A stretch of DNA of 64,000 bases from the human T2T-CHM13v2.0 reference genome, Homo sapiens: NCBI RefSeq assembly GCF_009914755.1, contig NC_060948.1. One strand, written 5' to 3'. Every line of letters begins with the position of its first letter. Positions within the stretch are counted from its first letter, which is position 1. The notes beneath the pieces were generated by a model, which was not told the DNA's origin, made no database searches, and worked only from the letters and a program-made list of their open reading frames with translations. Both the position numbers and the translations under genes were made by a program. Below, piece after piece: positions 13,601-28,469 of this stretch.

Positions 13601-14200
13601 AAAGGAATGCAATGATTTGGCATGGAATGGAATCGAATGGCATCAAATGGAATGGAATGGAATGCAATGGAATGGAATGTATTAGAATATAATGAACTTT
13701 AATGGAATGTACTCGAATGGATTCGACTGGAATGGAATGTTCTGGAAATGAATGGACTCCAATGGAATGGATTCCAAAGGAATGGAATCGTACGGAATGG
13801 AATCTAATGGAATGGAATTAAATGGAAATGAATCAAATTGAATAGCACGGAATTGAATTGAATGGAATGGAATGCAATGGAATCTAATGAAACGGAAAGG
13901 AAAGGAATGCAATGGAATGGAATGGGCTGGAATGGAAAGGAATCGAAACGAATGGAATGGAATCGAACTGAAGAGACTGGAATGGAAAGCACTGGAATGG
14001 AAGGGAGTGTAATGGAAGGTTCTCGAAAAAAATGGAATCGAATGGAATGCAATTGAATGGAACGGAATAGAGTCGAATGCAATTGAATGGAATGGAATGG
14101 ACTAGAGTGAAATGGAATCGAACCACAAGGAATGGACAGGAATAGAATGGTCTCGAATTGAATGGAATCGTATGGAATGGCATCAAACGAAATGGAATGG
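10647..14200 (+). repeat. Unit U4 (3554 bp)
   Basis: Landmarks at 10647 and 14201. Confidence 0.9.
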
Positions 14201-17200
14201 ACAGCCACGGAATGGAATGCACTCGAATGCAATGGAGTCGAAACTAATGGACTGGAATAGAATGGACTCGACTGGTAAGGACTCCAATGGAATGGAATCG
14301 AATGGAAGGGAAACGAACGGAATGGACTCGAAGGGAAAAGACTGCAATGGAAAGGTCTCGAATGGAATGGAAATTAATGGAATGGAATGGAATCCAATGA
14401 AATGGAGTCAAAAGGAATGGAATCGAATGGCAAGAAATCGAATGTAATGGAATCGCAAGGAATTGATGTGAACGGAACGGAATGGAATGGAATCCAAAGG
14501 AATGGAATAGAATGGAATGGAATCGAATGGAAAGGACTCGAATGGAAATCACTCGAATAGAATGCAATTTAATAAAATAGGATCAAATGTAATGGAATGG
14601 AATGGAAAGGAATCGAAACGAAAGGAATGGAGACCGATGGAATGGAATGGAACAGAGAGCAATGGTATAGAATGGAATGGAATCATCTGGAATGGAATTG
14701 AATGGAATGGAATAATATGAAATGGAATGGAATGGAATGGAATGGAATGCCCTTGAATTAAATGGACTGGAATGGAATGGACTCGAACAGAGTGGAATGG
14801 AAAGTGTTGAGATAGAATGGAATGGACTCCTTTGGAATGGTGTAGTATGCAATGTAATCGACTGGCAGGGAATCAAAAGGAATGTAATCGAATGGATTGG
14901 ACTGGAATGCAATGGACTCGAATAGATTGGAAACGGAATGCAAAGGAATGGAATGGAATAGTATGGAATGGAATGGAAAGGAATGGAGTGGAATAGACTA
15001 GAGTGGAATGGAATGGACTGGAAAGCAATGGACTGGAATGGAACTTTCTTGAATGGACTGGAATCAAACGGAATGGAATGCAATGCAATCAAATGGCATG
15101 GAATAAAATAGAATGAAAGAGAATCAAATGGAATTGAATCGAATGGAATCGAATGGATTGGAAAGGAATAGAATGGAATGGAATGGAATTGACTCAAATG
15201 GAATGGACTAGAATGGAATGGATTCGAATGGAAGGCAAAGGAATGGAATCTATTGGAATGGACTGTAATGGAATGGAATGGAAGGGATTGGAATGGACTC
15301 GAATGGAATGGACTGCAATAGAAAGGATTCGAATGGAATGAAAAAGAATTGAATGGAATAGAACAGAATGGAATCAAATCGAATGAAATGGAATGGAATA
15401 GAAAGGAATGGAATGAAATGGAATGGAAAGGATTCGAATGGAATGCAATCGAATGGAATGGAATCGAACGGAATGGAATAAAATGGAAGAAAACTGGCAA
15501 GAAATGGAATCGAAATGAATGGAGTGTTATGGAACGGACTCAAAAGGAATTGAATGTAATAGAATGGAGTGGAGTGGACTCGAATATAATGGACTGGAAT
15601 GGAATGAAATCACATGGAATGGGAACGAATGGAATGGAATGGAAAGGAATGGAATGGAATGGAAAGGAATCGAATGGAAGGGAATGAAATTGAATCAACA
15701 GGAATGGAAGGGAATAGAATAGACGGTAATGGAATGGACTCGAATAGAATGGACACGAATGCTCAAATTGAATGGACTCGAAAGGAATGGAAAGGAAAGG
15801 AATGTCATCGAATGGAATTGAATCGATTGGAATGAAATCGCATAGAATGGAGTGGAATCAAATGGAATTGAATCGAAAGGAAAGGAAGCGAATGGACTGA
15901 AATGAAATGGAATGGAATTGAATGGAAAGTAATGCAATGGAATAGAATGGAACGAAATTTCACGGAATGGAATCAAACTGAATGGAATCAAATCAATGGA
16001 ATCTAATCAAATGGAATGGAAAGGAATTGAATGGAGTAGATTGGATTGGATGGGATTGGAATGAAATGTACTGGAAAGGACTCGAATTTCATGAAACGGA
16101 ATGGAATGAATTGGAACGGAATGGACTCGAATGGAATGGAATGTCATCGAATGGCATCAAATGGAATGGCATCAAATGGAATGGAATCGAATGCAATGGA
16201 ATGCTATGGAATGGAATGGAATGCATTGGAATGGAATGTCCTCTAATGGAATGGATTCGAGTGGAATGGAATCGAATATAATGGAGTCGAATGAAATGGA
16301 ATTGAAAAGAATGGGATCGAATACAATGGAATATACTGGAATGTAATGTAATGAACTCGAATGTAATTGACTGGAATGGAATGTACATGAATGGAATGTA
16401 ATCGAATAGAAAGTAATCCAATGGAATAGAATGTAATGCAATAAAATCGACTCAGATAGAGTAGAATGTAATGGAATGGAGTGTAGTGCAATGGAATGGA
16501 ATGGAATGGAATGCAATGGAATGGAATGGAATGGAATGGAATGGGATGGAATGGTATGGAATGGATAGTAATGGACTGGAGTGAAATGGACTGGAAAGGA
16601 ATGGACTCAAATTGAAAGGGCTCGAAAGGAATGCAGACAAATGGAATGGTCTGGAATGGAATGAACACGAATGTAATGCAATCCAATTGAATGGAGTCGA
16701 ATGGCAGGGAATATAAAGAAATGGAATCGAAGAGAATGGAAACAAATGGAATGGAATTGAATGGAATGGAATTGAATGGAATGGGAACGAATGGAGTGAA
16801 ATTGTATGCAGTAGAAGAGAATAGAATGGAATGCAAGCGAAAGGAAAGGAATGGATTGGAATGGAATGGAATTCATTGGAATGGAAGGGAATGTAGTGTA
16901 ATGGACAGGCCTGGAATAAAGTGGAATGCTACGGTCTCGAATGGAATAAAAATGTATGGAATGGAATGCAATGAAACGGAATCGAATGTCATAGAATGTA
17001 ATGGAATGCAAAAAAATGGAATCCAAAATCATTGACTGGAAAGGCTGGGTGTCGAAAGGAATTGACTCCAATGGAATGGAATCGAATGGAATGGAAGTGA
17101 ATAGAATCAAACTAAATCGAATGGAATGGAATTGATAGGAACGGAATGGAAAGGAATGCAATGATTTGGCATGGAATGGAATCGAATGGCATCAAATGGA

Positions 17201-17749
17201 ATGGAATGGAATGCAATGGAATGGAATGTATTAGAATATAATGAACTTTAATGGAATGTACTCGAATGGATTCGACTGGAATGGAATGTTCTGGAAGTGA
17301 ATGGACTCCAATGGAATGGATTCCAAAGGAATGGAATCGTACGGAATGGAATCTAATGGAATGGAATTAAATGGAAATGAATCAAATTGAATAGCACGGA
17401 ATTGAATTGAATGGAATGGAATGCAATGGAATCTAATGAAACGGAAAGGAAAGGAATGCAATGGAATGGAATGGGCTGGAATGGAAAGGAATCGAAACGA
17501 ATGGAATGGAATCGAACTGAAGAGACTGGAATGGAAAGCACTGGAATGGAAGGGAGTGTAATGGAAGGTTCTCGAAAAAAATGGAATCGAATGGAATGCA
17601 ATTGAATGGAACGGAATAGAGTCGAATGCAATTGAATGGAATGGAATGGACTAGAGTGAAATGGAATCGAACCACAAGGAATGGACAGGAATAGAATGGT
17701 CTCGAATTGAATGGAATCGTATGGAATGGCATCAAACGAAATGGAATGG
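14201..17749 (+). repeat. Unit U5 (3549 bp)
   Basis: Landmarks at 14201 and 17750. Confidence 0.9.
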
Positions 17750-20700
17750 ACAGCCACGGAATGGAATGCACTCGAATGCAATGGAGTCGAAACTAATGGA
17801 CTGGAATAGAATGGACTCGACTGGTAAGGACTCCAATGGAATGGAATCGAATGGAAGGGAAACGAACGGAATGGACTCGAAGGGAAAAGACTGCAATGGA
17901 AAGGTCTCGAATGGAATGGAAATTAATGGAATGGAATGGAATCCAATGAAATGGAGTCAAAAGGAATGGAATCGAATGGCAAGAAATCGAATGTAATGGA
18001 ATCGCAAGGAATTGATGTGAACGGAACGGAATGGAATGGAATCCAAAGGAATGGAATAGAATGGAATGGAATCGAATGGAAAGGACTCGAATGGAAATCA
18101 CTCAAATAGAATGAAATTTAATAAAATGGGATCAAATGTAATGGAATGGAATGGAAAGGAATCGAAACGAAAGGAATGGAGACAGATGGAATGGAATGGA
18201 ACAGAGAGCAATGGTATAGAATGGAATGGAATCATCTGGAATGGAATTGAATGGAATGGAATAATATGAAATGGAATGGAATGGAATGGAATGGAATGGA
18301 ATGGAATGCCCTTGAATTAAATGGACTGGAATGGAATGGACTCGAACAGAGTGGAATGGAAAGTGTTGAGATAGAGTGCAATGGACTCCTTCGGAATGGT
18401 CTAGTATGCAATGCAATCGACTGGCAGGGAATCAAAAGGAATGTAATCGAATGGATTGGACTGGAATGCAGTGGACTCGAATAGATTGGAAACGGAATGC
18501 AAAGGAATGGAATGGAATAGTATGGAATGGAATGGAAAGGAATGGAGTGGAATAGACTAGAGTGGAATGGAATGGACTGGAAAGCAATGGACTGGAATGG
18601 AACTTTCTTGAATGGACTGGAATCAAACGGAATGGAATGCAATGCAATCAAATGGCATGGAATAAAATAGAATGAAAGAGAATCAAATGGAATTGAATCG
18701 AATGGAATCGAATGGATTGGAAAGGAATAGAATGGAATGGAATGGAATTGACTCAAATGGAATGGACTAGAATGGAATGGATTCGAATGGAAGGCAAAGG
18801 AATGGAATCTATTGGAATGGACTGTAATGGAATGGAATGGAAGGGATTGGAATGGACTCGAATGGAATGGACTGCAATAGAAAGGATTCGAATGGAATGA
18901 AAAAGAATTGAATGGAATAGAACAGAATGGAATCAAATCGAATGAAATGGAATGGAATAGAAAGGAATGGAATGAAATGGAATGGAAAGGATTCGAATGG
19001 AATGCAATCGAATGGAATGGAATCGAACGGAATGGAATAAAATGGAAGAAAACTGGCAAGAAATGGAATAGAAATGAATGGAGTGTTATGGAACGGACTC
19101 AAAAGGAATTGAATGTAATAGAATGGAGTGGAGTGGACTCGAATATAATGGACTGGAATGGAATGAAATCACATGGAATGGGAACGAATGGAATGGAATG
19201 GAAAGGAATGGAATCGAATGGAAAGGAATCGAATGGAAGGGAATGAAATTGAATCAACAGGAATGGAAGGGAATAGAATAGACGGTAATGGAATGGACTC
19301 GAATAGAATGGACACGAATGCTCAAATTGAATGGACTCCAATGGAATGGAAACGAAAGGAATGTCATCGAATAGAATTGAATCGACTGGAATGAAATCGC
19401 AAGAATGGAGTGGAATCAAATGGAATTGAATCGAAAGGAAAGGAAGCGAATGGACTGAAATGAAATGGAATGGAATTGAATGGAAAGTAATGCAATGGAA
19501 TAGAATGGAACGAAATTTCACGGAATGGAATCAAACTGAAAGGAATCAAATCAATGGAATCTAATCAAATGGAATGGAAGGGAATTGAATGGAGTAGATT
19601 GGATTGGATGGGATTGGAGTGAAATGTACTGGAAAGGACTCGAATTTCATGAAACGGAATGGAATGAATTGGAACGGAATGGACTCGAATGGAATGGAAT
19701 GTCATGGAATGGCATCAAATGGAATGGCATCAAATGGAATGGAATCGAATGCAATGGAATGCTATGGAATGGAATGGAATGCATTGGAATGGAATGTCCT
19801 CTAATGGAATGGATTCGAGTGGAATGGAATCGAATATAATGGAGTCGAATGAAATGGAATTGAAAGGAGTGGGATCGAATACAATGGAATATGCTGGAAT
19901 GTAATGTAATGAACTCGAATGTAATTGACTGGAATGGAATGTACATGAATGGAATGTAATCGAATGGAAAGTAATCCAATGGAATAGAATCTAATGCAAT
20001 AAAATCGACTCAGATAGAGTAGAATGTAATGGAATGGAGTGCAGTACAATGGAATGGAATGGAATGCAATGGAATGGAATGGAATGGAATGGAATGGAAT
20101 GGGATGGAATGGGATGGAATGGTATGGAGTGGATAGTAATGGACTGGAGTGAAATGGACTGGAAAGGAATGGACTCAAATTGAAAGGGCTCGAAAGGAAT
20201 GGAGTCAAATGGAATGGTCTGGAATGGAATGAACACGAATGTAATGCAATCCAATAGAATGGAATCGAATGGCATGGAATATAAAGAAATGGAATCGAAG
20301 AGAATGGAAACAAATGGAATGGAATTGAATGGAATGGAATTGAATGGAATGGGAACGAATGGAGTGAAATTGTATGCAGTAGAAGGGAATAGAATGGAAT
20401 GCAAGCGAAAGGAAAGGAATGGATTGGAATGGAATGGAATTCATTGGAATGGAAGGGAATGTAGTGTAATGGACAGGCCTGGAATAAAGTGGAATGCTAC
20501 GGTCTCGAATGGAATAAAAATGTATGGAATGGAATGCAATGAAACGGAATCGAATGTCATAGAATGTAATGGAATGCAAAAAAATGGAATCCAAAATCAT
20601 TGACTGGAAAGGCTGGGTGTCGAAAGGAATTGACTCCAATGATATGGAATCGAATGGAATGGAAGTGAATAGAATCGAACTAAATCGAATGGAATGGAAT

Positions 20701-21317
20701 TGATAGGAACGGAATGGAAAGGAATGCAATGAATTGGCATGGAATGGAATCGAATGGCATCGAATGGAATGGAATGGAATGCAATGGAATGGAATGTATT
20801 AGAATGTAATGAACTTTAATGGAATGTACTCGAATGGATTCGACTGGAATGGAATGTTCTGGAAGTGAATGGACTCCAATGGAATGGATTCAAAAGGAAT
20901 GGAATCGTACGGAATGGAATCTAATGGAATGGAATTAAATGGAAATGAATCAAATTGAATAGCACGGAATTGAATTGAATGGAATGGAATGCAATGGAAT
21001 CTAATGAAACGGAAAGGAAAGGAATGGAATGGAATGGAATGGGCTGGAATGGAAAGGAATCGAAACGAATGGAATGGAATCGAACTGAAGAGACTGGAAT
21101 GGAATGCACTGGAATGGAAGGGAGTGTAATAGAAGGTTCTCGAAAAAAATGGAATCGAATGGAATGGAATTGAATGGAACGGAATAGAGTCGAATGGAAT
21201 TGAATGGAATGGAATGGACTAGAGTGAAATGGAATCGAACCACAAGGAATGGACAGGAATAGAATGGTCTCGAATTGAATGGAATCGTATGGAATGGCAT
21301 CAAACGGAATGGAATGG
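17750..21317 (+). repeat. Unit U6 (3568 bp), 1-bp-deletion 'B' haplotype
   Basis: Landmarks at 17750 and 21318. ATCGCAAGAAT instead of ATCGCATAGAAT near 19401. Confidence 0.9.
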
Positions 21318-24300
21318 ACAGCCACGGAATGGAATGCACTCGAATGCAATGGAGTCGAAACTAATGGACTGGAATAGAATGGACTCGACTGGTACGGACT
21401 CCAATGGAATGGAATCGAATGGAAGGGAATCGAACGGAATGGACTCGAAGGGAAAAGACTGCAATGGAAAGGTCTCGAATGGAATGGAAATTAATGGAAT
21501 GGAATGGAATCGAATGAAATGGAGGCAAAAGGAATGGAATCGAATGGCAAGAAATCGAATGTAATGGAATCGCAAGGAATTGATGTGAACGGAACGGAAT
21601 GGAATCGAATCCAAAGGAATGGAATAGAATGGAATGGAATCGAATGGAAAGGACTCGAATGGAAATCACTCGAATAGAATGCAATTTAATAAAATAGGAT
21701 CAAATGTAATGGAATGGAATGGAAAGGAATCGAAACGAAAGGAATGGAGACAGATGGAATGGAATGGAACAGAGAGCAATGGTATAGAATGGAATGGAAT
21801 CATCTGGAATGGAATTGAATGGAATGGAATAATATGAAATGGAATGGAATGGAATGGAATGGAATGCCCTTGAATTAAATGGACTGGAATGGAATGGACT
21901 CGAACAGAGTGGAATGGAAAGTGTTGAGATAGAATGGAATGGACTCCTTTGGAATGGTGTAGTATGCAATGCAATCGACTGGCAGGGAATCAAAAGGAAT
22001 GTAATGGAATGGATTGGACTGGAATGCAATGGACTCGAATAGATTGGAAACGGAATGCAAAGGAATGGAATGGAATAGTATGGAATGGAATGGAAAGGAA
22101 TGGAGTGGAATAGACTAGAGTGGAATGGAATGGACTGGAAAGCAATGGACTGGAATGGAACTTTCTTGAATGGACTGGAATCAAACGGAATGGAATGCAA
22201 TGCAATCAAATGGCATGGAATAAAATAGAATGAAAGAGAATCAAATGGAATTGAATCGAATGGAATCGAATGGATTGGAAAGGAATAGAATGGAATGGAA
22301 TGGAATTGACTCGAATGGAATGGACTAGAATGGAATGGATTCGAATGGAAGGCAAAGGAATGGAATCTATTGGAATGGACTGTAATGGAATGGAATGGAA
22401 AGGATTGGAATGGACTCGAATGGAATGGACTGCAATAGAAAGGATTCGAATGGAATGAAAAAGAATTGAATGGAATAGAACAGAATGGAATCAAATCGAA
22501 TGAAATGGAATGGAATAGAAAGGAATGGAATGAAATGGAATGGAAAGGATTCGAATGGAATGCAATCGAATGGAATGGAATCGAACGGAATGGAATAAAA
22601 TGGAAGAAAACTGGCAAGAAATGGAATCGAAATGAATGGAGTGTTACGGAACGGACTCAAAAGGAATTGAATGTAATAGAATGGAGTGGAGTGGACTCGA
22701 ATATAATGGAATGGAATGGAATGAAATCACAAGGAATGGGAACGAATGGAATGGAATGGAAAGGAATGGAATCGAATGGAAAGGAATCGAATGGAAGGGA
22801 ATGAAATTGAATCAACAGGAATGGAAGGGAATAGAATAGACGGTAATGGAATGGACTCGAATAGAATGGACACGAATGCTCAAATTGAATGGACTCGAAT
22901 GGAATGGAAACGAAAGGAATGTCATCGAATGGAATTGAATGGATTGGAATGAAATCGCATAGAATGGAGTGGAATCAAATGGAATTGAATCGAAAGGAAA
23001 GGAAGCGAATGGACTGAAATGAAATGGAATGGAATTGAATGGAAAGTAATGCAATGGAATAGAATGGAACGAAATTTCACGGAATGGAATCAAACTGAAT
23101 GGAATCAAATCAATGGAATCAAATCAAATGGAATGGAAAGGAATTGAATGGAGTAGATTGGATTGGATGGGATTGGAATGAAATGTACTGGAAAGGACTC
23201 GAATTTCATGAAACGGAATGGAATGAATTGGAACGGAATGGACTCGAATGGAATGGAATGTCATGGAATGGCATCAAATGGAATGGCATCAAATGGAATG
23301 GAATCGAATGCAATGGAATGCTATGGAATGGAATGGAATGCATTGGAATGGAATGTCCTCTAATGGAATGGATTCGAGTGGAATGGAATCGAATATAATG
23401 GAGTCGAATGAAATGGAATTGAAAGGAGTGGGATCGAATACAATGGAATATACTGGAATGTAATGTAATGAACTCGAATGTAATTGACTGGAATGGAATG
23501 TACATGAATGGAATGTAATCGAATGGAAAGTAATCCAATGGAATAGAATCTAATGCAATAAAACCGACTCAGATAGAGTAGAATGTAATGGAATGGAGTG
23601 CAGTGCAATGGAATGGAATGGAATGGAAGGCAATGGAATGGAATGGAATGGAATGGAATGGAATGGAATGGAATGGAATGGAATGGGATGGAATGGGATG
23701 GAATGGATAGTAATGGACTGGAGTGAAATGGACTGGAAAGGAATGGACTCAAATTGAAAGGGCTCGAAAGGAATGGAGTCAAATGGAATGGTCTGGAATG
23801 GAATGAACACGAATGTAATGCAATCCAATAGAATGGAATCGAATGGCATGGAATATAAAGAAATGGAATCGAAGAGAATGGAAACAAATGGAATGGAATT
23901 GAATGGAATGGAATTGAATGGAATGGGAACGAATGGAGTGAAATTGTATGCAGTAGAAGGGAATAGAATGGAATGCAAGCGAAAGGAAAGGAATGGATTG
24001 GAATGGAATGGAATTCATTGGAATGGAAGGGAATGTAGTGTAATGGACAGGCCTGGAATAAAGTGGAATGCTACGGTCTCGAATGGAATAAAAATGTATG
24101 GAATGGAATGCAATGAAACGGAATCGAATGTCATAGAATGTAATGGAATGCAAAAAAATGGAATCCAAAATCATTGACTGGAAAGGCTGGGTGTCGAAAG
24201 GAATTGACTCCAATGGAATGGAATCGAATGGAATGGAAGTGAATAGAATCGAACTAAATCGAATGGAATGGAATTGATAGGAACGGAATGGAAAGGAATG

Positions 24301-24891
24301 CAATGATTTGGCATGGAATGGAATCGAATGGCATCGAATGGAATGGAATGGAATGCAATGGAATGGAATGTATTAGAATGTAATGAACTTTAATGGAATG
24401 TACTCGAATGGATTCGACTGGAATGGAATGTTCTGGAAGTGAATGGACTCCAATGGAATGGATTCAAAAGGAATGGAATCGTACGGAATGGAATCTAATG
24501 GAATGGAATTAAATGGAAATGAATCAAATTGAATAGCACGGAATTGAATTGAATGGAATGGAATGCAATGGAATCTAATGAAACGGAAAGGAAAGGAATG
24601 GAATGGAATGGAAAGGGCTGGAATGGAAAGGAATCGAAACGAATGGAATGGAATCGAACTGAAGAGACTGGAATGGAATGCACTGGAATGGAAGGGAGTG
24701 TAATGGAAGGTTCTCGAAAAAAATGGAATCGAATGGAATGGAATTGAATGGAACGGAATAGAGTCGAATGGAATTGAATGGAATGGAATGGACTAGAGTG
24801 AAATGGAATCGAACCACAAGGAATGGACAGGAATAGAATGGTCTCGAATTGAATGGAATCGTATGGAATGGCATCAAACGGAATGGAATGG
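21318..24891 (+). repeat. Unit U7 (3574 bp), 'C' haplotype
   Basis: Landmarks at 21318 and 24892. Carries the ATCACAAGG, GGAAGGCAAT and AAACCGACTC variants. Confidence 0.9.
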
Positions 24892-27800
24892 ACAGCCACG
24901 GAATGGAATGCACTCGAATGCAATGGAGTCGAAACTAATGGACTGGAATAGAATGGACTCGACTGGTACGGACTCCAATGGAATGGAATCGAATGGAAGG
25001 GAATCGAACGGAATGGACTCGAAGGGAAAAGACTGCAATGGAAAGGTCTCGAATGGAATGGAAATTAATGGAATGGAATGGAATCGAATGAAATGGAGTC
25101 AAAAGGAATGGAATCGAATGGCAAGAAATCGAATGTAATGGAATCGCAAGGAATTGATGTGAACGGAACGGAATGGAATGGAATCCAAAGGAATGGAATA
25201 GAATGGAATGGAATCGAATGGAAAGGACTCGAATGGAAATCACTCGAATAGAATGCAATTTAATAAAATAGGATCAAATGTAATGGAATGGAATGGAAAG
25301 GAATCGAAACGAAAGGAATGGAGACAGATGGAATGGAATGGAACAGAGAGCAATGGTATAGAATGGAATGGAATCATCTGGAATGGAATTGAATGGAATG
25401 GAATAATATGAAATGGAATGGAATGGAATGGAATGGAATGGAATGGAATGGAATGCCCTTGAATTAAATGGACTGGAATGGAATGGACTCGAACAGAGTG
25501 GAATGGAAAGTGTTGAGATAGAATGCAATGGACTCCTTCGGAATGGTCTAGTATGCAATGCAATCGACTGGCAGGGAATCAAAAGGAATGTAATCGAATG
25601 GATTGGACTGGAATGCAGTGGACTCGAATAGATTGGAAACGGAATGCAAAGGAATGGAATGGAATAGTATGGAATGGAATGGAAAGGAATGGAGTGGAAT
25701 AGACTAGAGTGGAATGGAATGGACTGGAAAGCAATGGACTGGAATGGAACTTTCTTGAATGGACTGGAATCAAACGGAATGGAATGCAATGCAATCAAAT
25801 GGCATGGAATAAAATAGAATGAAAGAGAATCAAATGGAATTGAATCGAATGGAATCGAATGGATTGGAAAGGAATAGAATGGAATGGAATGGAATTGACT
25901 CAAATGGAATGGACTAGAATGGAATGGATTCGAATGGAAGGCAAAGGAATGGAATCTATTGGAATGGACTGTAATGGAATGGAATGGAAGGGATTGGAAT
26001 GGACTCGAATGGAATGGACTGCAATAGAAAGGATTCGAATGGAATGAAAAAGAATTGAATGGAATAGAACAGAATGGAATCAAATCGAATGAAATGGAAT
26101 GGAATAGAAAGGAATGGAATGAAATGGAATGGAAAGGATTCGAATGGAATGCAATCGAATGGAATGGAATCGAACGGAATGGAATAAAATGGAAGAAAAC
26201 TGGCAAGAAATGGAATCGAAATGAATGGAGTGTTATGGAACGGACTCAAAAGGAATTGAATGTAATAGAATGGAGTGGAGTGGACTCGAATATAATGGAC
26301 TGGAATGGAATGAAATCACATGGAATGGGAACGAATGGAATGGAATGGAAAGGAATGGAATCGAATGGAAAGGAATCGAATGGAAGGGAATGAAATTGAA
26401 TCAACAGGAATGGAAGGGAATAGAATAGACGGTAATGGAATGGACTCGAATAGAATGGACACGAATGCTCAAATTGAATGGACTCCAATGGAATGGAAAC
26501 GAAAGGAATGTCATCGAATAGAATTGAATCGATTGGAATGAAATCGCAAGAATGGAGTGGAATCAAATGGAATTGAATCGAAAGGAAAGGAAGCGAATGG
26601 ACTGAAATGAAATGGAATGGAATTGAATGGAAAGTAATGCAATGGAATAGAATGGAACGAAATTTCACGGAATGGAATCAAACTGAAAGGAATCAAATCA
26701 ATGGAATCTAATCAAATGGAATGGAAGGGAATTGAATGGAGTAGATTGGATTGGATGGGATTGGAGTGAAATGTACTGGAAAGGACTCGAATTTCATGAA
26801 ACGGAATGGAATGAATTGGAACGGAATGGACTCGAATGGAATGGAATGTCATGGAATGGCATCAAATGGAATGGCATCAAATGGAATGGAATCGAATGCA
26901 ATGGAATGCTATGGAATGGAATGGAATGCATTGGAATGGAATGTCCTCTAATGGAATGGATTCGAGTGGAATGGAATCGAATATAATGGAGTCGAATGAA
27001 ATGGAATTGAAAGGAGTGGGATCGAATACAATGGAATATGCTGGAATGTAATGTAATGAACTCGAATGTAATTGACTGGAATGGAATGTACATGAATGGA
27101 ATGTAATCGAATGGAAAGTAATCCAATGGAATAGAATCTAATGCAATAAAATCGACTCAGATAGAGTAGAATGTAATGGAATGGAGTGCAGTACAATGGA
27201 ATGGAATGGAATGCAATGGAATGGAATGGAATGGAATGGAATGGAATGGAATGGGATGGAATGGGATGGAATGGTATGGAATGGATAGTAATGGACTGGA
27301 GTGAAATGGACTGGAAAGGAATGGACTCAAATTGAAAGGGCTCGAAAGGAATGGAGTCAAATGGAATGGTCTGGAATGGAATGAACACGAATGTAATGCA
27401 ATCCAATAGAATGGAATCGAATGGCATGGAATATAAAGAAATGGAATCGAAGAGAATGGAAACAAATGGAATGGAATTGAATGGAATGGAATTGAATGGA
27501 ATGCGAACGAATGGAGTGAAATTGTATGCAGTAGAAGGGAATAGAATGGAATGCAAGCGAAAGGAAAGGAATGGATTGGAATGGAATGGAATTCATTGGA
27601 ATGGAAGGGAATGTAGTGTAGTGGACAGGCCTGGAATAAAGTGGAATGCTACGGTCTCGAATGGAATAAAAATGTATGGAATGGAATGCAATGAAACGGA
27701 ATCGAATGTCATAGAATGTAATGGAATGCAAAAAAATGGAATCCAAAATCATTGACTGGAAAGGCTGGGTGTCGAAAGGAATTGACTCCAATGGAATGGA

Positions 27801-28469
27801 ATCGAATGGAATGGAAGTGAATAGAATCGAACTAAATCGAATGGAATGGAATTGATAGGAACGGAATGGAAAGGAATGCAATGAATTGGCATGGAATGGA
27901 ATCGAATGGCATCGAATGGAATGGAATGGAATGCAATGGAATGGAATGTATTAGAATGTAATGAACTTTAATGGAATGTACTCGAATGGATTCGACTGGA
28001 ATGGAATGTTCTGGAAGTGAATGGACTCCAATGGAATGGATTCAAAAGGAATGGAATCGTACGGAATGGAATCTAATGGAATGGAATTAAATGGAAATGA
28101 ATCAAATTGAATAGCACGGAATTGAATTGAATGGAATGGAATGCAATGGAATCTAATGAAACGGAAAGGAAAGGAATGGAATGGAATGGAATGGGCTGGA
28201 ATGGAAAGGAATCGAAACGAATGGAATGGAATCGAACTGAAGAGACTGGAATGGAATGCACTGGAATGGAAGAGAGTGTAATGGAAGGTTCTCGAAAAAA
28301 ATGGAATCGAATGGAATGGAATTGAATGGAACGGAATAGAGTCGAATGGAATTGAATGGAATGGAATGGACTAGAGTGAAATGGAATCGAACCACAAGGA
28401 ATGGACAGGAATAGAATGGTCTCGAATTGAATGGAATCGTATGGAATGGCATCAAACGGAATGGAATGG
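24892..28469 (+). repeat. Unit U8 (3578 bp), 'B' haplotype
   Basis: Landmarks at 24892 and 28470. CGCAAG deletion near 26548. Confidence 0.9.
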
